A stretch of 63,130 bases of DNA, filler included, from Rhabdomonas costata (GCA_019059605.1; 21 parts of 21 records of this genome joined end to end with filler, not necessarily neighbours in it); one strand, 5' to 3'; positions 1-12,058 are shown, counted from the whole stretch's first letter. The notes: generated from the letters alone by a model not told the origin. Numbers and translations: made by a program.

Positions 1-217
1 TGTTGTTGTGGTAAGTGAACATAAATTATCATACACTGCTGTATTTTTGGAGTTTTGAGAATTCTTCCAGTGAGAGGGGTTCGGGGGTGGAGTTAAAAAG
101 GGACTTCTGTCAGATTCGATCTTTGCAAATATCTTTGCAAATAGATATTGGTCGACGTACGAGAAATTCCGCTGCTGTGCAGTCCCCAGGAGATTCTGGC
201 GGTGTGTATGGACCTAC

Positions 218-964
218 CTGGAAGGGCTCCAGTAGCCTCAAAATGTCCTCCGGGGTGAGGTACGAGGGGGCCAGCAGGCAAAGCAGTTCACTGCGAGGGA
301 TGCGCTGGGGGTCAGGCACCCCACCGTGCAGAACCGCAGCGCGGTCCCGAAAAAGTGCCACCGGCCCTACCGAATTCAACATCGCAACCACCCACATAAC
401 TGTTAGGGTTTAGCCACGAGCCCTCAAGAAGGGATAACAACAACGGAGTTTTCATTTTCTTGCAAGGGAAGGTAATCTCGCACGCAAGTTGTACATCTCA
501 GGTTTACATCTGATGGCCTGTTGCATTTAAACTCATGGAAGATGCATTTTTCTGGCCCACACCCCTCAAGCTTCCACTCAAAATGTCAAACCCTGGCAGT
601 GCAGCAACCGCGCCGAAGTTACATTTTCACTGACTAGCCGATTCATACTTCCCATGAAAGCAGTCATCCAGCTGGCTTTGGAGCTTGGAGCACCGATAAA
701 AGAGAAGCATCGGGAGGTGATCCAATGCACGAGCGGAACGCGCTCAAACCTCAGAACGCACCACCCAGCCGCACAACCTTCACAGTAAGGTCATAATGAA
801 AGGGGATATGTGACCTGGGATCCCAATACACACACGGAAGTTTTTTTTTGGCACAGAGCTTGCACCCGCATCTAGGAACGTGGGCTTGTGTACGGAGCAC
901 AGTGACCTTTAGCGAGAAATAACGTTGGGATTTGCCGAGAATCCGCTGAACTCCACGGCTCCAT
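218..964 (-). CDS. BRAP2/BRIZ-like protein, N-terminal exons (partial)
   Basis: Exons 964-907 (MEPW...FLAK) and 366-218 (GPVALFR...SELLCLLAPSYLTPEDILRLLEPFQ) join in phase 1 by GT-AG. GxxxLFR and LCxLxxPxxxTxxD resemble the BRAP2 domain. Confidence 0.6.
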
Positions 965-2917
965 GAACCAAGACACCAGGTTCTTCCGTTTTGGTAATTG
1001 CTCGTGTGTAAAGAGCGCACCACAACAGTATGTGTAGCGGGTAGAGGAGAGGAAGTGTCTGATGTTCCACCTACACCCAAATGAGAAGGAAATGAGGAAT
1101 TGGGGTTTGAAAGAAAGAAAGAAAGCTAATGGGAGGGAGGGATGCAGACCTTTCACAATGACCACGCCAGAGTGCAGAGCCGGGGGCGGACCTTCCCCAT
1201 CTCCCTCACTGGCACTCTGCTCGCGCTGAGCAACACAAAACATCTCTCCAGCGCCAGAGAGACGATTTGTGTGTGTGGGGGGGGGGGTCAATGAAGGACG
1301 ATGGGATGAGAGTGAGATCTTAAAACTTTGACCTAAGGCTTGCCAAAATCGCTAGGTGGGGTATAACTCAGAGGGCTGTGAGGGGTGAAGAGGGCAAGAC
1401 GTTATATGGCGTTAGGCGTTATGGAATCGGACACCCGACGGCCCCAACTCAACCACCCGCAACTCTCAAAACTGGAACACTGCTGCGGCGAACACACGCT
1501 AGATTGCGAACAGCATAACTGAAAACGAGTTTCCCGCTGGAAGCTTCTTGGAAACCCAATTTGCTGCTCGATACAGTGAACAGGCTTTCAAAATAGGATC
1601 AGACAGTTGATGGACTGGTGCTTTTGCAAAACATCGCGCTGCGTTGACAAGATTTCCGGTGAGCAATAAATCTCCAGAAAGGGACGTAGCCGAGGTTTCT
1701 GCAAATATCAACAAAGCAAAACTCCTTTTATCGTTCAGAAGTGTCTTTTGTACGAAAGAGTAAAAGTACTCTTCGCTAAAAATGCCCGCAAAATTAAGAT
1801 TCTTCTCACGGGGGTGCATGTGAAGGCAAGTTCTCCAAAGAAGCAACAAGCACGAAACGGCATTCAGCGCCTCATGAACCACTGCAGTCGGTTACCCTTC
1901 CTTAACTGGCATATCATACTGACGCGTCGGAGACGAAGGCACATTGCTATTAGCAAGGTTATTTTTACAATCTTTTTGGTTGAGGATTTCAGAACTTTCA
2001 CTCAGAGCAACAAGGGCCGGTGCTGACTGCTGACCGGCTGAATCATTCTCACCTTGATCTATCACCTTTATCGGACAAACCTCACCGAATATGGGCAAGC
2101 AAACGCAATGCAAGTCTGACAACTGGCAGGAAATCGTCCGCACAACACGTCCACAACCTCCAAAAACGGGTTGAGGGCTGCGGGGGTGCACATCTATTCG
2201 CAGCCGCAGGAAGCCCCATAATGAGAAAAAGGCTTTCCCGAGAAAAGGAACGAGTGGTGAGAGGACATTCAGCGGCTAAGGTACAAACAACCGCCCGAAG
2301 GGAGGCAATCCGATACGCAACCGACAGTCAATCCATGCAGAACGGAACATGATGTGGCATACGGCATAAAAAAACTGGGCACAGTTTGGTTTGTGAAAGT
2401 GCGTCTAATTGGAGGGGTGGGAGTGGAGTGGGGTGAAAACGATTTCAAAGGCTAGGCGACCCTTCGAAAACCACACTGCCGCCAAAAGAAAATGAAAAAG
2501 GCAGCAGACAAGGTGTGTCGAGCGTCATTGCGGGTGAATGACGGTCAGTATGTGCAAATGGTTGGGCAGAGGTCGTGACGAGGACTTCCACAAACAAAAG
2601 GCGAGGTGGGTCAGAAAGAAAAGCACGCCACGCACGGGGCAGTGCCCCAGTTGAATCGCTCACTCCTTCCCTCTCTCCTCTCCAACCGCCTCCTCGCACA
2701 CCCACATATGCACATACACGACCCGTCTTGCCAGCGGACCGGAAGATTCACGGACCCACGGGCACGACACCCCCTCCAGCTTTCTTATCTTCACTCTTAT
2801 CCCCTTCCCATAGCATACATACACTCCCTTGAAAAGAAAATGTCACCCAGGAAGAAATCCAGACTGCCATGAAGGCAGAAAAACACCACAGGTGACACCC
2901 ACAAAAAACCCCCAACA

Positions 2918-3017
2918 NNNNNNNNNNNNNNNNNNNNNNNNNNNNNNNNNNNNNNNNNNNNTTAATTAATTAANNNNNNNNNNNNNNNNNNNNNNNNNNN
3001 NNNNNNNNNNNNNNNNN
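2918..3017. other. Artificial contig spacer (first of 20)
   Basis: 44 N + TTAATTAATTAA (stops in all six frames) + 44 N. Identical spacers start at 5934, 8948, 11959, 14972, 17989, 21002, 24021, 27035, 30047, 33061, 36072, 39081, 42089, 45096, 48102, 51109, 54115, 57121 and 60127. Contigs are 2904-2919 nt and roughly size-sorted. Confidence 0.99.
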
Positions 3018-4305
3018 TGGTTGGTGTGGTGGGGGCGTGCCCTTTGCAAGTTTCCAGCTTCAAAAAAGAAAAGTTGATTGTTATTGCAAAATCTTTGGGA
3101 ATCGGGATTATTAGTGAAATAAAAATGATTATAAGAGTCAAGTTGCTTAGTTAAGACGTTAATTTTTCATGTTTTATTCAGCCCAACTGACCCCGATTTC
3201 GTCAGGTCGGGTCAATTCAGTGGTCCCTGTTTTCGTTCAAAACGTTTTTCGCCTCCGTTTGCTTCTGCTGTTGCCTTTTGCCATCCGCGATGTTTTCCCT
3301 TACGTTTCTTCTTGTAAAGACGGTCTGTTTGGATCTAGGATCCTTTTCATTTGAGACTTGTCTTTTGTCGGATTTCTTTTTTGAGAGGGCTATTTTTTTT
3401 GGCTCAATTAGCATTTCAGTCTCCTTTCGCTCAAATTTGACCAAGCACAAATGCATCCGGAAGCATTTATGCACTGACATAATTGCATCATTTTGTGAGA
3501 AAAAATGAACATTTAGTCGACAGCGTGGAAAAATACTACTTATAAAATAAGCCAAGACCTAACGATTATACGGTGGGAAAAGCCGGAAGACTGAAAGCTG
3601 TAATTAAGATACCTAACCGTGGGAAAGGCGCTGGCAACCATGAAAGTGTTCTTATTGCTGTTGCTAAAATGTTGGGCAGCGTCAAAAGTATCTGGGAATG
3701 CCAAGACACGCCGACCGAGAGCGCGCTTTTCCCCTTTACCACACCACGGCAGCGGAAGGTGACAGTCGTCGCCTCTTTTGAAAATTGAAGAGTTTGAAAA
3801 CCTGCATCGGGCGGAAAGGAATCCCTGCATCCATGTATTTTCTTCATTTTCAACGGCCGAATCCAACCAAACAACCGTCAGCATTGTTCTCAGATTGTGC
3901 GGAAGGAAAAGGCAATGATTTGACAAAAGCAGACTGTACTGTAACAGCAAATTGTAAGACAGTGGCAAGGCATTAGAGGGGGGGAATAATATGTGGAATT
4001 ACAAGAAGGCAAGGCTGTGAATGAAATTTGGAAATTCGTTTGGTGTGTATGTGTGTGGGAGGGGTGCGGCCCAAAGCGAGCTCTAAAAAATAGAAGCCCA
4101 GCTGTTGAAAAGGTCTCTCAGTTCGATTTTGTTACCCCAACCCATCCAGCGTAGATCACTCTTGGTGCATCCTGTAGCATATAACACCAGGAACTGTCAG
4201 CTGGCTCAAAGGTGTGAATGGAATTTTTGGAATTAGGTGGTTGACGGTTCTCCTTTCTACGTGAAAAAGTTTCCTGTCTTGTTAATTGCTCTCGTTTTCT
4301 GACAG

Positions 4306-5418
4306 AAAATCAACGGGGGGGAAAGCTCCACGAAAGCAGCTGGCTACCAAAGCGGCGCGGAAGGCCGGTGTGTTGACTTTTCGAAGCGGGTGTTTTCTTT
4401 TGTCACTGATTGTTTGCAATCTGTTGTCAGATCGTTATGGAACCGCAACTGTAAGAATTATCATTGTGGAAGAGTATACAGATTACTGCTCCAGCTTTGT
4501 GCTTTTGTGGTCTCTCGCCTTTTCACAGTCACTGTTTCTGGTGGGGTGAAGAAGCCGCATCGCTTCCGTCCGGGAACAGTTGCTCTCCGTGAGATTCGAA
4601 AGTACCAAAGGTCCACGGAGACTTTGGTATGCAACGGCCTTCTCAAGACCGCAGCAAACTGAAAATTCCTGTGGCTGGTTTCCCCTTTTCGTTTGCTTGA
4701 TCCATTTGTAGATTCGAAGGCTGCCTTTCCAGCGCCTGGTTCGCGAGATTGTTCAGGTTTGTATGGCTTTTGGCGTGTTCCCATTGGAAGCTGTCTACCT
4801 TTTTTCATCAAAGAAGAGCCGTCCTTTGGCCACTTACGTGTCAGGGTGTGCGGTGTGTTTGAAAAAAGATTTGGTGTGGTTTTGTACAAACAAAACAAAT
4901 AACACTGGCACAATAGTAATTTACTTGGTTTGTGTTTCCAGTTTGGTTACTGGTTAAAAATCCTTTCAGAATTTCCTTGTTTTTTGTGCGTACTGTACTC
5001 ACAGGACATCGGGCCATCGCTTGGCCTGCAAGAACCCCGCTTTCAGACAACTGCACTCATGGCAATTCAGGAGGCGGTGGAGGCTTATCTTGTTGGACTC
5101 TTTGAGGACACTAACCTTTGCGCAATTCACGCGAAGCGGGTGTTTTTTTAAAGCGTGCGGCCGGCTCTAAATTGCATTACCATATTTCCTACGTTGAACC
5201 GAGACATTCTGCAGCCCCAGGAAATTCTCGATCAAAATTCACAAACAAGCAGCTTTCATGAGCACAGAGTTCAATATGAACGCTCGAAGCAAGCGACCCG
5301 TGTGTTGTTTTTATTTCCGTTTTTCATGTGCTTCGCCTACTAATTGTGTTTCTATCAGGTGACAATCATGCCCAAGGACATGCAGCTGGCGCGCAGGATT
5401 CGCGGAGAGCGCACATGA
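4306..5418 (+). CDS. H3: Histone H3 variant, intron-containing, first exon unresolved
   Basis: Exons 4306-4367, 4529-4626, 4712-4756, 5005-5139, 5359-5418, all GT-AG. Product: [133 protein letters not shown]. Confidence 0.97.
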
Positions 5419-6063
5419 GCGAAAGCCTCCGTCCGCTTTGCACACCTCTTTTATTTTGTGTTACTTGTGGCGGGAAGCGGGAGAAAAGTGTTGTAATAGG
5501 ATTTTATTCGTATGCTGCCTCTTCCTGTTCCTCTTCCACCCCCATCTCTCTGTTTATTTTTGTAGAATAGCTCCGAGACTTCCATTGTCCCTTGCTTGGG
5601 CCGTTCTCTGTTTGCTCACTTCATCAAGAGAAGGAATAAGCAGTGGTTCATGGTTACTTTAATATTAACAGCCGCGTTTTTTTCGCTTCCGACCGGTGTG
5701 GGAAATGAACGAAATAAGGCCACGTAGTGAAATTACATTCAGGCCTCGGTTGGGCAATTGGGAAATACAGTCGGGAACGCACTAAATACCAAATGCTAAA
5801 ATAATAAAAACACGACTTTTTCTAAAAAGCATCGGACTGAAAGGCTTTCAAAACATGAGACTTTGTACGAATATACACAACACACCTTCCGAAAAGTATA
5901 AGACAAAATTTCTCCGAAGATATACCCAAAACCNNNNNNNNNNNNNNNNNNNNNNNNNNNNNNNNNNNNNNNNNNNNTTAATTAATTAANNNNNNNNNNN
6001 NNNNNNNNNNNNNNNNNNNNNNNNNNNNNNNNNCTGGTACAGCTTACTCAGGCGACTTTTCTT

Positions 6064-6605
6064 GCCCTGCACACCCAACCTGACTTTCTGTTTTTACTCA
6101 CCCGAAGGATGCTTCAAACTACGAGGGTCTGAAAGAATGAAGTGAGCGCTTTGTCTGACCCCTGCTTTTCTCTTCATTTTCTTGTTAACAGGTTGTGGGG
6201 GGAAGGAAGGGGGTGTCTTAAGAGCTGGGTTGTTTTGTTTGGCAACCGCCCCCGACACACACAGACAGACACAAACGGTGCCCAACTGTTGCAGGGCGAA
6301 CTCAGACTTTGGGAAACAGTGGCTACGTGGCTCCGCGTGGAGCGGTTACTTGAGAAAGAGCCTGCCCAGAAGAAAAAACCGACTAATTATCTGCACGACT
6401 TTCTTTTTGTGCATCCGAAGTTTGCTTCAGACTATATTGTCTGAAAGAATGAGGTGAGAATAACCTTTTCAGTTAATCAGACCGCAATGCGTTCCTTGTT
6501 TGGAGGACGCGCGCGAGGTTTGCTTTCTTCAGACCAAAGGAGACTCTCCTTCTATGAAGCATCCTTCTGGTGAGCAGAAACAGACGTTCAAGTTGGATGC
6601 AGGGC
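6064..6605. repeat. Diverged ~52-bp inverted repeat pair (MITE-like)
   Basis: The reverse complement of 6064-6116 (tgaagcatccttcgggtgagtaaaaacagaaagtcaggttgggtgtgcagggc) aligns with 6555-6605 (tgaagcatccttctggtgagcagaaacagacgttcaagttggatgcagggc). No target-site duplication seen. Confidence 0.7.
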
Positions 6606-8091
6606 CGTCCGGGTGCACCGGCTGCATGGGACGAGACAAATGAAGGTTGTGCAAAGACCCCAACGTGGCACAGCAGTGTGTTTTGTGCTGGGCACAGGGT
6701 GCGGAAAGGCCAAAACTGTAAAAAGAAAAAAGCCGTCAGTACCGGAGGTCGAAGTGAGGAATTTTTATGTTTGCCCACTCTTGATCACTCAGTTGTTGTA
6801 TGTCCATTGGTGCCAATCCCAACCCGTAAAACGGAGTCTTGCGTTGGATAGGGAAGTGCCCCAATCCGCCCACCAAGACTTCGTTGTTTGGACACCGTTT
6901 TCGCTTTGACTGCCACGCTTCTGGAAAGCACTCAAACTGCACTCAAACTCGAGTGGAGAAACAGGCGCCTGTGCGGTCAGATCTTGGGTTCCTCTCGAGC
7001 GGTTAACACTGCTGCCCAAGTGTCGGAAGTGTCACATCTCAGAACGTCTCTGTGGGTGTGGAGCCAACTGGGGTTTCGTGAGAAAGCTTTTGTTTCATGG
7101 AGCTTGTTGTGAATTTCGGTGGCTTGCTTGACTTGGCCAAAGGATGTGGCTCGGCTGTATCAAAGTCCGTTCACCTCTCAGGTGCCCGCTCATTTTCTAG
7201 CCTTTGTTGTTTTGAGTCAGCCTAATGGCTGCCAGTGGTGTTGCTTTGCTCCCTATCTGTGCGCTGGGCTCCACGGAAGGCCCGGGATCCCAGGTGCAGT
7301 TTCTTCTATGCCTCGCCCAAGTCCTGCAAACCCCAAAGGAGAAGGCGCCACGCCTTGCGGGAGCTGCTCCTGTGCTCACCCGCGGCAGTCTGAACCCGGC
7401 CCCGAATTTCGCTACAATAGTCCTAAAGAGCTCAGGTGCGTTTGCACTTGTGTGCAGGAAGGCAAAAACTGAACCTGGGAACCTGGTCATCGCCCCGGAA
7501 CGAAGATTCTTTTGAAAAAGCTTCTGAAAAATGTGCCGGCTCGAGTTCTGGAGCAGAGTTTTAGCCACTGAGGATGTGAAGGTTTCACACACCCCACCTC
7601 ACAGATCCTTCGAACTCTCCGCCACGGAGTCCTCCTGCGCTGCCCACCAGCGCGGGTGCCAGTGCCGCCACCGCTCATGTGGTGTGCCTGTTTTTACATA
7701 TATCAGTGGGGGGGCGTTGTTTTTGGATTGAGTTGGAATGAGTTCCCCAGGGGGCGTTCCTTAAAAAAAAAGTGATAGGGGTTAGCGTTAGAGGCCTGGC
7801 TTGCTGCTGGTGAGAAAGTGAAACGGAACCGCAACCACCGCAAAACCGGGTGTCTGCAGTCATATACTAACTCTCAAACCCTCACTGGTCCAGAAAGAAA
7901 TGGCAATCAGGGGGGTATTCTGGTTGTTGGTAGTTGTCTTGATGCGAAAAAACATCTTGTGAAGAAAGTGAAGAAAGCCAGGAACGCCTTCACTTCAGTT
8001 CTTCTCTGCCACGTTTTTTATTCACGAACAAACCCCAAGATAAGATAAGATATGGAGCCCAAAGCTGAGGTCCTAGGGGGCGGGGGTATAG

Positions 8092-8639
8092 ACTGCGCCA
8101 AACGCCCTCCGCTGCCGTGGCGGGCCGGGCACCCCTCCGGGCTCGGGACCCGGCATGGCCCGTCAGACCCCTGACGCCCTGGCGCGAGTGGTTCTGCGGG
8201 TGGTTCGTGTGCTAACATCCGTGGAGCAGGACGGTGAGGGCGTCGGAGGGGCGGGCGCGGGGATCTCCCCGCGGCTGGGTTGGGAGGTGCTACGGCAGGT
8301 ATGGGGGCTCACCGAGGCCCAAGTGGACCCCCCGGCGCTCACCGCGCTGGCTGCCCGACCGTGGAAGTTCCAGCAGCAGGTTGCAGCAATGAAGTTGTCG
8401 CAGACGTTCGGTTTTAGATTTTTATTTTGAAGCGAAGTTTTTTGTGCCCTTTGTCGGCTTTCTGGTCTGAAGTGCGCTTTGCCAAATCGGTTGGCTTTTT
8501 GTTTTTGTTCTTTTTTCTGCGGCACTTCATTGATCTTGGATTTTGCTTCCCCCCCCCCTCCCAGGTTCTCCTCAGCCTGGCAGCGGTCAACCTACGGCGA
8601 GTAAAGAAGCTCTCGGCCTACCTCATCAGCATGATCAAA
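8092..8639 (+). CDS. Hypothetical protein with possible hnRNP-Q acidic-domain-like helical motif (partial)
   Basis: GC-rich exons ~8092-8379 and 8565-8639 (phase 0, GT-AG) give VDPPALTALAARPWKFQQQVLLSLAAVNLRRVKKLSAYLISMIK. Confidence 0.5.
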
Positions 8640-9047
8640 GTGTGCCCTCCACCCCGCGCCCAGCAACTCGAGTCCGTTTTTTTGTTCTGATTCAAAATAG
8701 TTCCTGTGTGACACAAAGAAATTATTGAGTCGATGAGACAAACTGCAACACAGATAAAATGTACCAAGTTAGGGACCAGCCCGCCTCCCGATGGCACAAA
8801 GCACCTGGTGCCTAAACATCTCAGTATAGCGAAAAAAAAAACAGACAGAAGCAAGACAGAGACAGAAGCGATTCCAAAACGCCATTGGAGCCGGCGGCGG
8901 CGGCGCCTGCGCCAAGACCAGAACCAAAAAATTTCGACTAATGTGGANNNNNNNNNNNNNNNNNNNNNNNNNNNNNNNNNNNNNNNNNNNNTTAATTAAT
9001 TAANNNNNNNNNNNNNNNNNNNNNNNNNNNNNNNNNNNNNNNNNNNN

Positions 9048-11632
9048 GGGGGTGGGGTTTCCGCTGTACCGCAGAAGCTTCGCAGATTGTTTTGTGGTGC
9101 CACACAATCTGCATCTGCTGAAACGGTATGACTGCCACGTCAATGTGGAGTACGCCGCTGGAGTAAGCTTCATCGGGTACCTGTACTCCTACATCACCAA
9201 GGGCATGGATCGCTCAGCAGTAACTATTCGCACCAACGACGAGATTGCAGATTTCTGCAAGGTGCGATATGTTTCTGCAACAGAAGCAATCTGGAATGCC
9301 GTTTTCCAGTAAGGCCAATCTCAGGATCCCCGCTGTGCAGTCATTTTACGTTTTCTACAAGCCTGGTTCAGAGAAGCCTCCGGACAATAGCGACGTTGGA
9401 AAGTACTTCATCTGACGAAAGGTTCCATAACCTCCGGATGGTGTCCTATTTTGAGAAGTACTCCATTGTGAAGCAAAAGCCTAAAAAGGCAGGCGTCCTG
9501 TGGTGGACTGACGCTTTTGGGAACTGGGTAAAGCTGAGGCAGGATCCCTTTGTTGGACGTCTTGTGTGGTTGGACCCAAGAGCTGGAGAGCCATACTTCC
9601 TTCGGATGCTGCTGCTAAATCTTCCGGCTCGCAGTTACACTGAACTTAGGATGGGCAATCCTACGTTTCGTGATTCCTGCAAATTAGCTGGCTTTCTAAA
9701 GGACGACGACGAGTGGTATCTGGCGTTCCGCGAGGCTGTGGAGACCATCAACACTCCAAAAATGCTAAGAAAGCTCTTCATCACATGCTGCATTTTTGGA
9801 AGTGGATCTGCCAAAATTTTTGAGGAATTCAATCAAAGAATGTCTGCTGATGCCATCAAAAGGGGACAGGTTCTTCAAGGTACAGCAGAAGAAATTGCTA
9901 CTTATTGCAAGCAGAGACTTTTGGTGGATCTAAAAACTTCATTGAGAGGACACGGAAGAACTCTCGGTGAGTTTGGATTGCCTGAGCCAACAGTTGAAGA
10001 CATACAAAATACTCTTCTTGTGGAAGAGAGAATGAGGTTTCCGATTGCACAGCAGCAAGAGTTGCTGATGAAAATGGAGCCAACCTTGAACGAGGAGCAA
10101 ATGGACATCTTTCGAAAAGTGAAGGCAGCTGTGCAGGAGAGCAGGCAACTAGCAGTACTTCTTCAAGCTCCAGCTGGAAGCGGAAAGAGCCAGCTTTTGA
10201 GGTGTATGGCTGCTTTGGTCAGAAGTTCAGGACATATTTGCTCCATCTGCGCCAGCAGTGGTATTGCAGCAAAGGAGCTTCCTGGTGGACAGACAGCTCA
10301 CCTCCTTTTTCAGATCCCTATTGAGTCGGATATTTTGCCTGGAGAAAAAATAACATCAAAGCTACTTGCAAAACTGAAGAAAGGAGAGATCGAGGGCTCA
10401 GTTGCGGAGCAAATGGAGCTTCTCAGGAGCACTTGCCTTTTTATCTGGGATGAAATTTCCATGGTGAAGAGGCATATCGTGGAAAGTGTTGATGAGCTAC
10501 TTCGATCTGTCCGAGGTTCTGACAATCCTTTTGGAGGTGCAGTCTTCGTCATGAGTGGAGATGTACGCCAGCTTCCACCCATTGTTCCAGGAGGACGTGG
10601 AGCAGACCTGCTTGACGCTTCCCTGCCACGATCCACACTTTTTAAGTCGATGGAAGTGTGCAAGCTTACAAAGTCTAAGCGTCAATCTGGTGACAGTGGC
10701 TTTTTTGAATGGCTAAATATGCTTGGAGGAAGTTCATCTGCTGCATCTGACACGTTAAAGGTAACTGCTCCGGATGGTGTGTAGGTTTTTTACGACTGCG
10801 GAGAGGCAGTTGAATGGATATCTCCGGATGAGATTAGCGAAGAAAAGAGGGTGTGCTTGGCATGCAGAAATCGTGACGTGGACTTCCTAAATGCAAAGAT
10901 CATTGCCAGTGTGTTTCCAAAAAAGCCACTTCGCGAGTACAGGAGTGTAGATACCACTCACGACTCCAGCGTTGGGGACGAATCGAATGATTTGGTGGAA
11001 CTAAGCATTAAACAACTCAATGCTCTTGAGTGCGGAGGAGTTCCACCTCACTCCCTGAAGCTTTGCGTGGGAATGAAGATCATTGTGCTGAGGAATCTCT
11101 CTCCGGATGATGGAATTGTAAACGGTTCTACCGGAATTGTCTCTCGGCTTGAGGAACGAATTGTGATTGTGAAGATTGGAATGGAGCATGTTCCACTTCC
11201 GAGAATAAATTTTACAATTCCGTTTGGGAGATCTGGACTTTACGTGCTCCGCCGGCAGTTTCCAGTGAAGCCTGCGTACGCCCTGACAGTTCACAAAAGC
11301 CAGGGACAGACCCTTGACCGGGTGTGTAATTTCTTCCCTTTTTTTGTTGCTTTTTTAACCACAGTGTAAATGCGTTGTTATTACAGTTCAAAAACCAAAA
11401 CTCGGGATATTATAATGATAGTTTCTAGAAAGCGGTTTTGTTTGTTAATTGTTTGTTTTCGTTCACGCAGGTTCTCGTGGACATTCGGTCACCAGTATTT
11501 GAAGCAGGAATGCTGTACGTGGCCTGCAGCCGTGTGAGGTCAGCAGAATGCTTGGGAATTCTTCTTCCTCCTGGAGAAACTACGTTTGAGAACAAGATCA
11601 ACAGAGAGCTCTTGCGGATGGTGGGGTTGTGA
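9048..11632 (+). mobile_element. Helitron Rep/PIF1-helicase gene, degenerate and 5'-truncated, with one intron
   Basis: Rep C-terminal motifs VVPHN...CHVNVE, YLYSYITKGMDR and DEI...RYVSATEAIW. PIF1 motifs APAGSGKS, IWDEISM, FGG...GDVRQLPP, RRQFPV...ALTVHKSQGQTLDR|VLVD...LYVACSRV. Intron 11322-11470. Apparent frameshifts near 9310 and 9410, and an in-frame TAG at 10782. Confidence 0.92.
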
Positions 11633-12058
11633 GGCTCACTTGAAAAGCCTAGAACTCTTTTACTGTTCCTGTTCTGTGTGTGCGTGGGCGTGTGTTCTTG
11701 TTGTTGTTGCTGTTGTTCCTGTAGCGTAGGTTGTAGCATAGGGTGTTTTTTGTAACGGAGTCGGAGTCGTTGTTGTTGGTGCGATTGGCCGCCGACACCT
11801 TCAGCTGAACTCTTGCCCCCGTGTTTATGCACGAGAGATGCTTTCACACCCCAAAGGCTACTACCATGTGTCCGTGCTCACCAAAGCAGATGAAACACAC
11901 GCTTGACTGATCAGCGTCCATCTCACCACCACCTGCGCTGGGAACCTTTGGGTGGCGANNNNNNNNNNNNNNNNNNNNNNNNNNNNNNNNNNNNNNNNNN
12001 NNTTAATTAATTAANNNNNNNNNNNNNNNNNNNNNNNNNNNNNNNNNNNNNNNNNNNN

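Noticed and set aside
1499-2191. Two same-frame minus-strand ORFs separated by one TAA
   Set aside because: No recognisable motif, codon usage unlike the host exons, and no clear splice structure.
2962-2973. TTAATTAATTAA recurring every ~3 kb
   Set aside because: Artificial linker inside N runs, not a biological repeat or CRISPR array. Gene neighbourhoods across spacers are meaningless.
4306-5418. Calling the H3 variant CenH3/CENP-A
   Set aside because: It retains Q68, F84, T107 and a conserved K9-K27 tail. Only the loop-1 length is CenH3-like.
9309-9324. 16-nt GT-AG micro-intron that would repair the first Helitron frameshift
   Set aside because: It removes residues needed for the W-to-P spacing of the Rep motif, and all other introns here are at least ~85 nt. 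A 1-nt insertion is simpler.
10782-10784. TAG/TAA reassignment: in-frame TAG here and at 22198 and 34294, TAA at 1892, and TGA at most confident gene ends
   Set aside because: The Helitron also has frameshifts, 34294 is avoided by a good upstream donor, and the other two cases lie in unrecognised or decayed sequence. No conserved host exon contains TAR, and Gln is CAG/CAA throughout. A codetta-type analysis of the whole assembly would settle it.
11633-11653. aggct...agcct hairpin overlapping CTAG as the Helitron 3' end
   Set aside because: The stem is only 5 bp and overlaps the CTAG instead of lying ~10 nt upstream.
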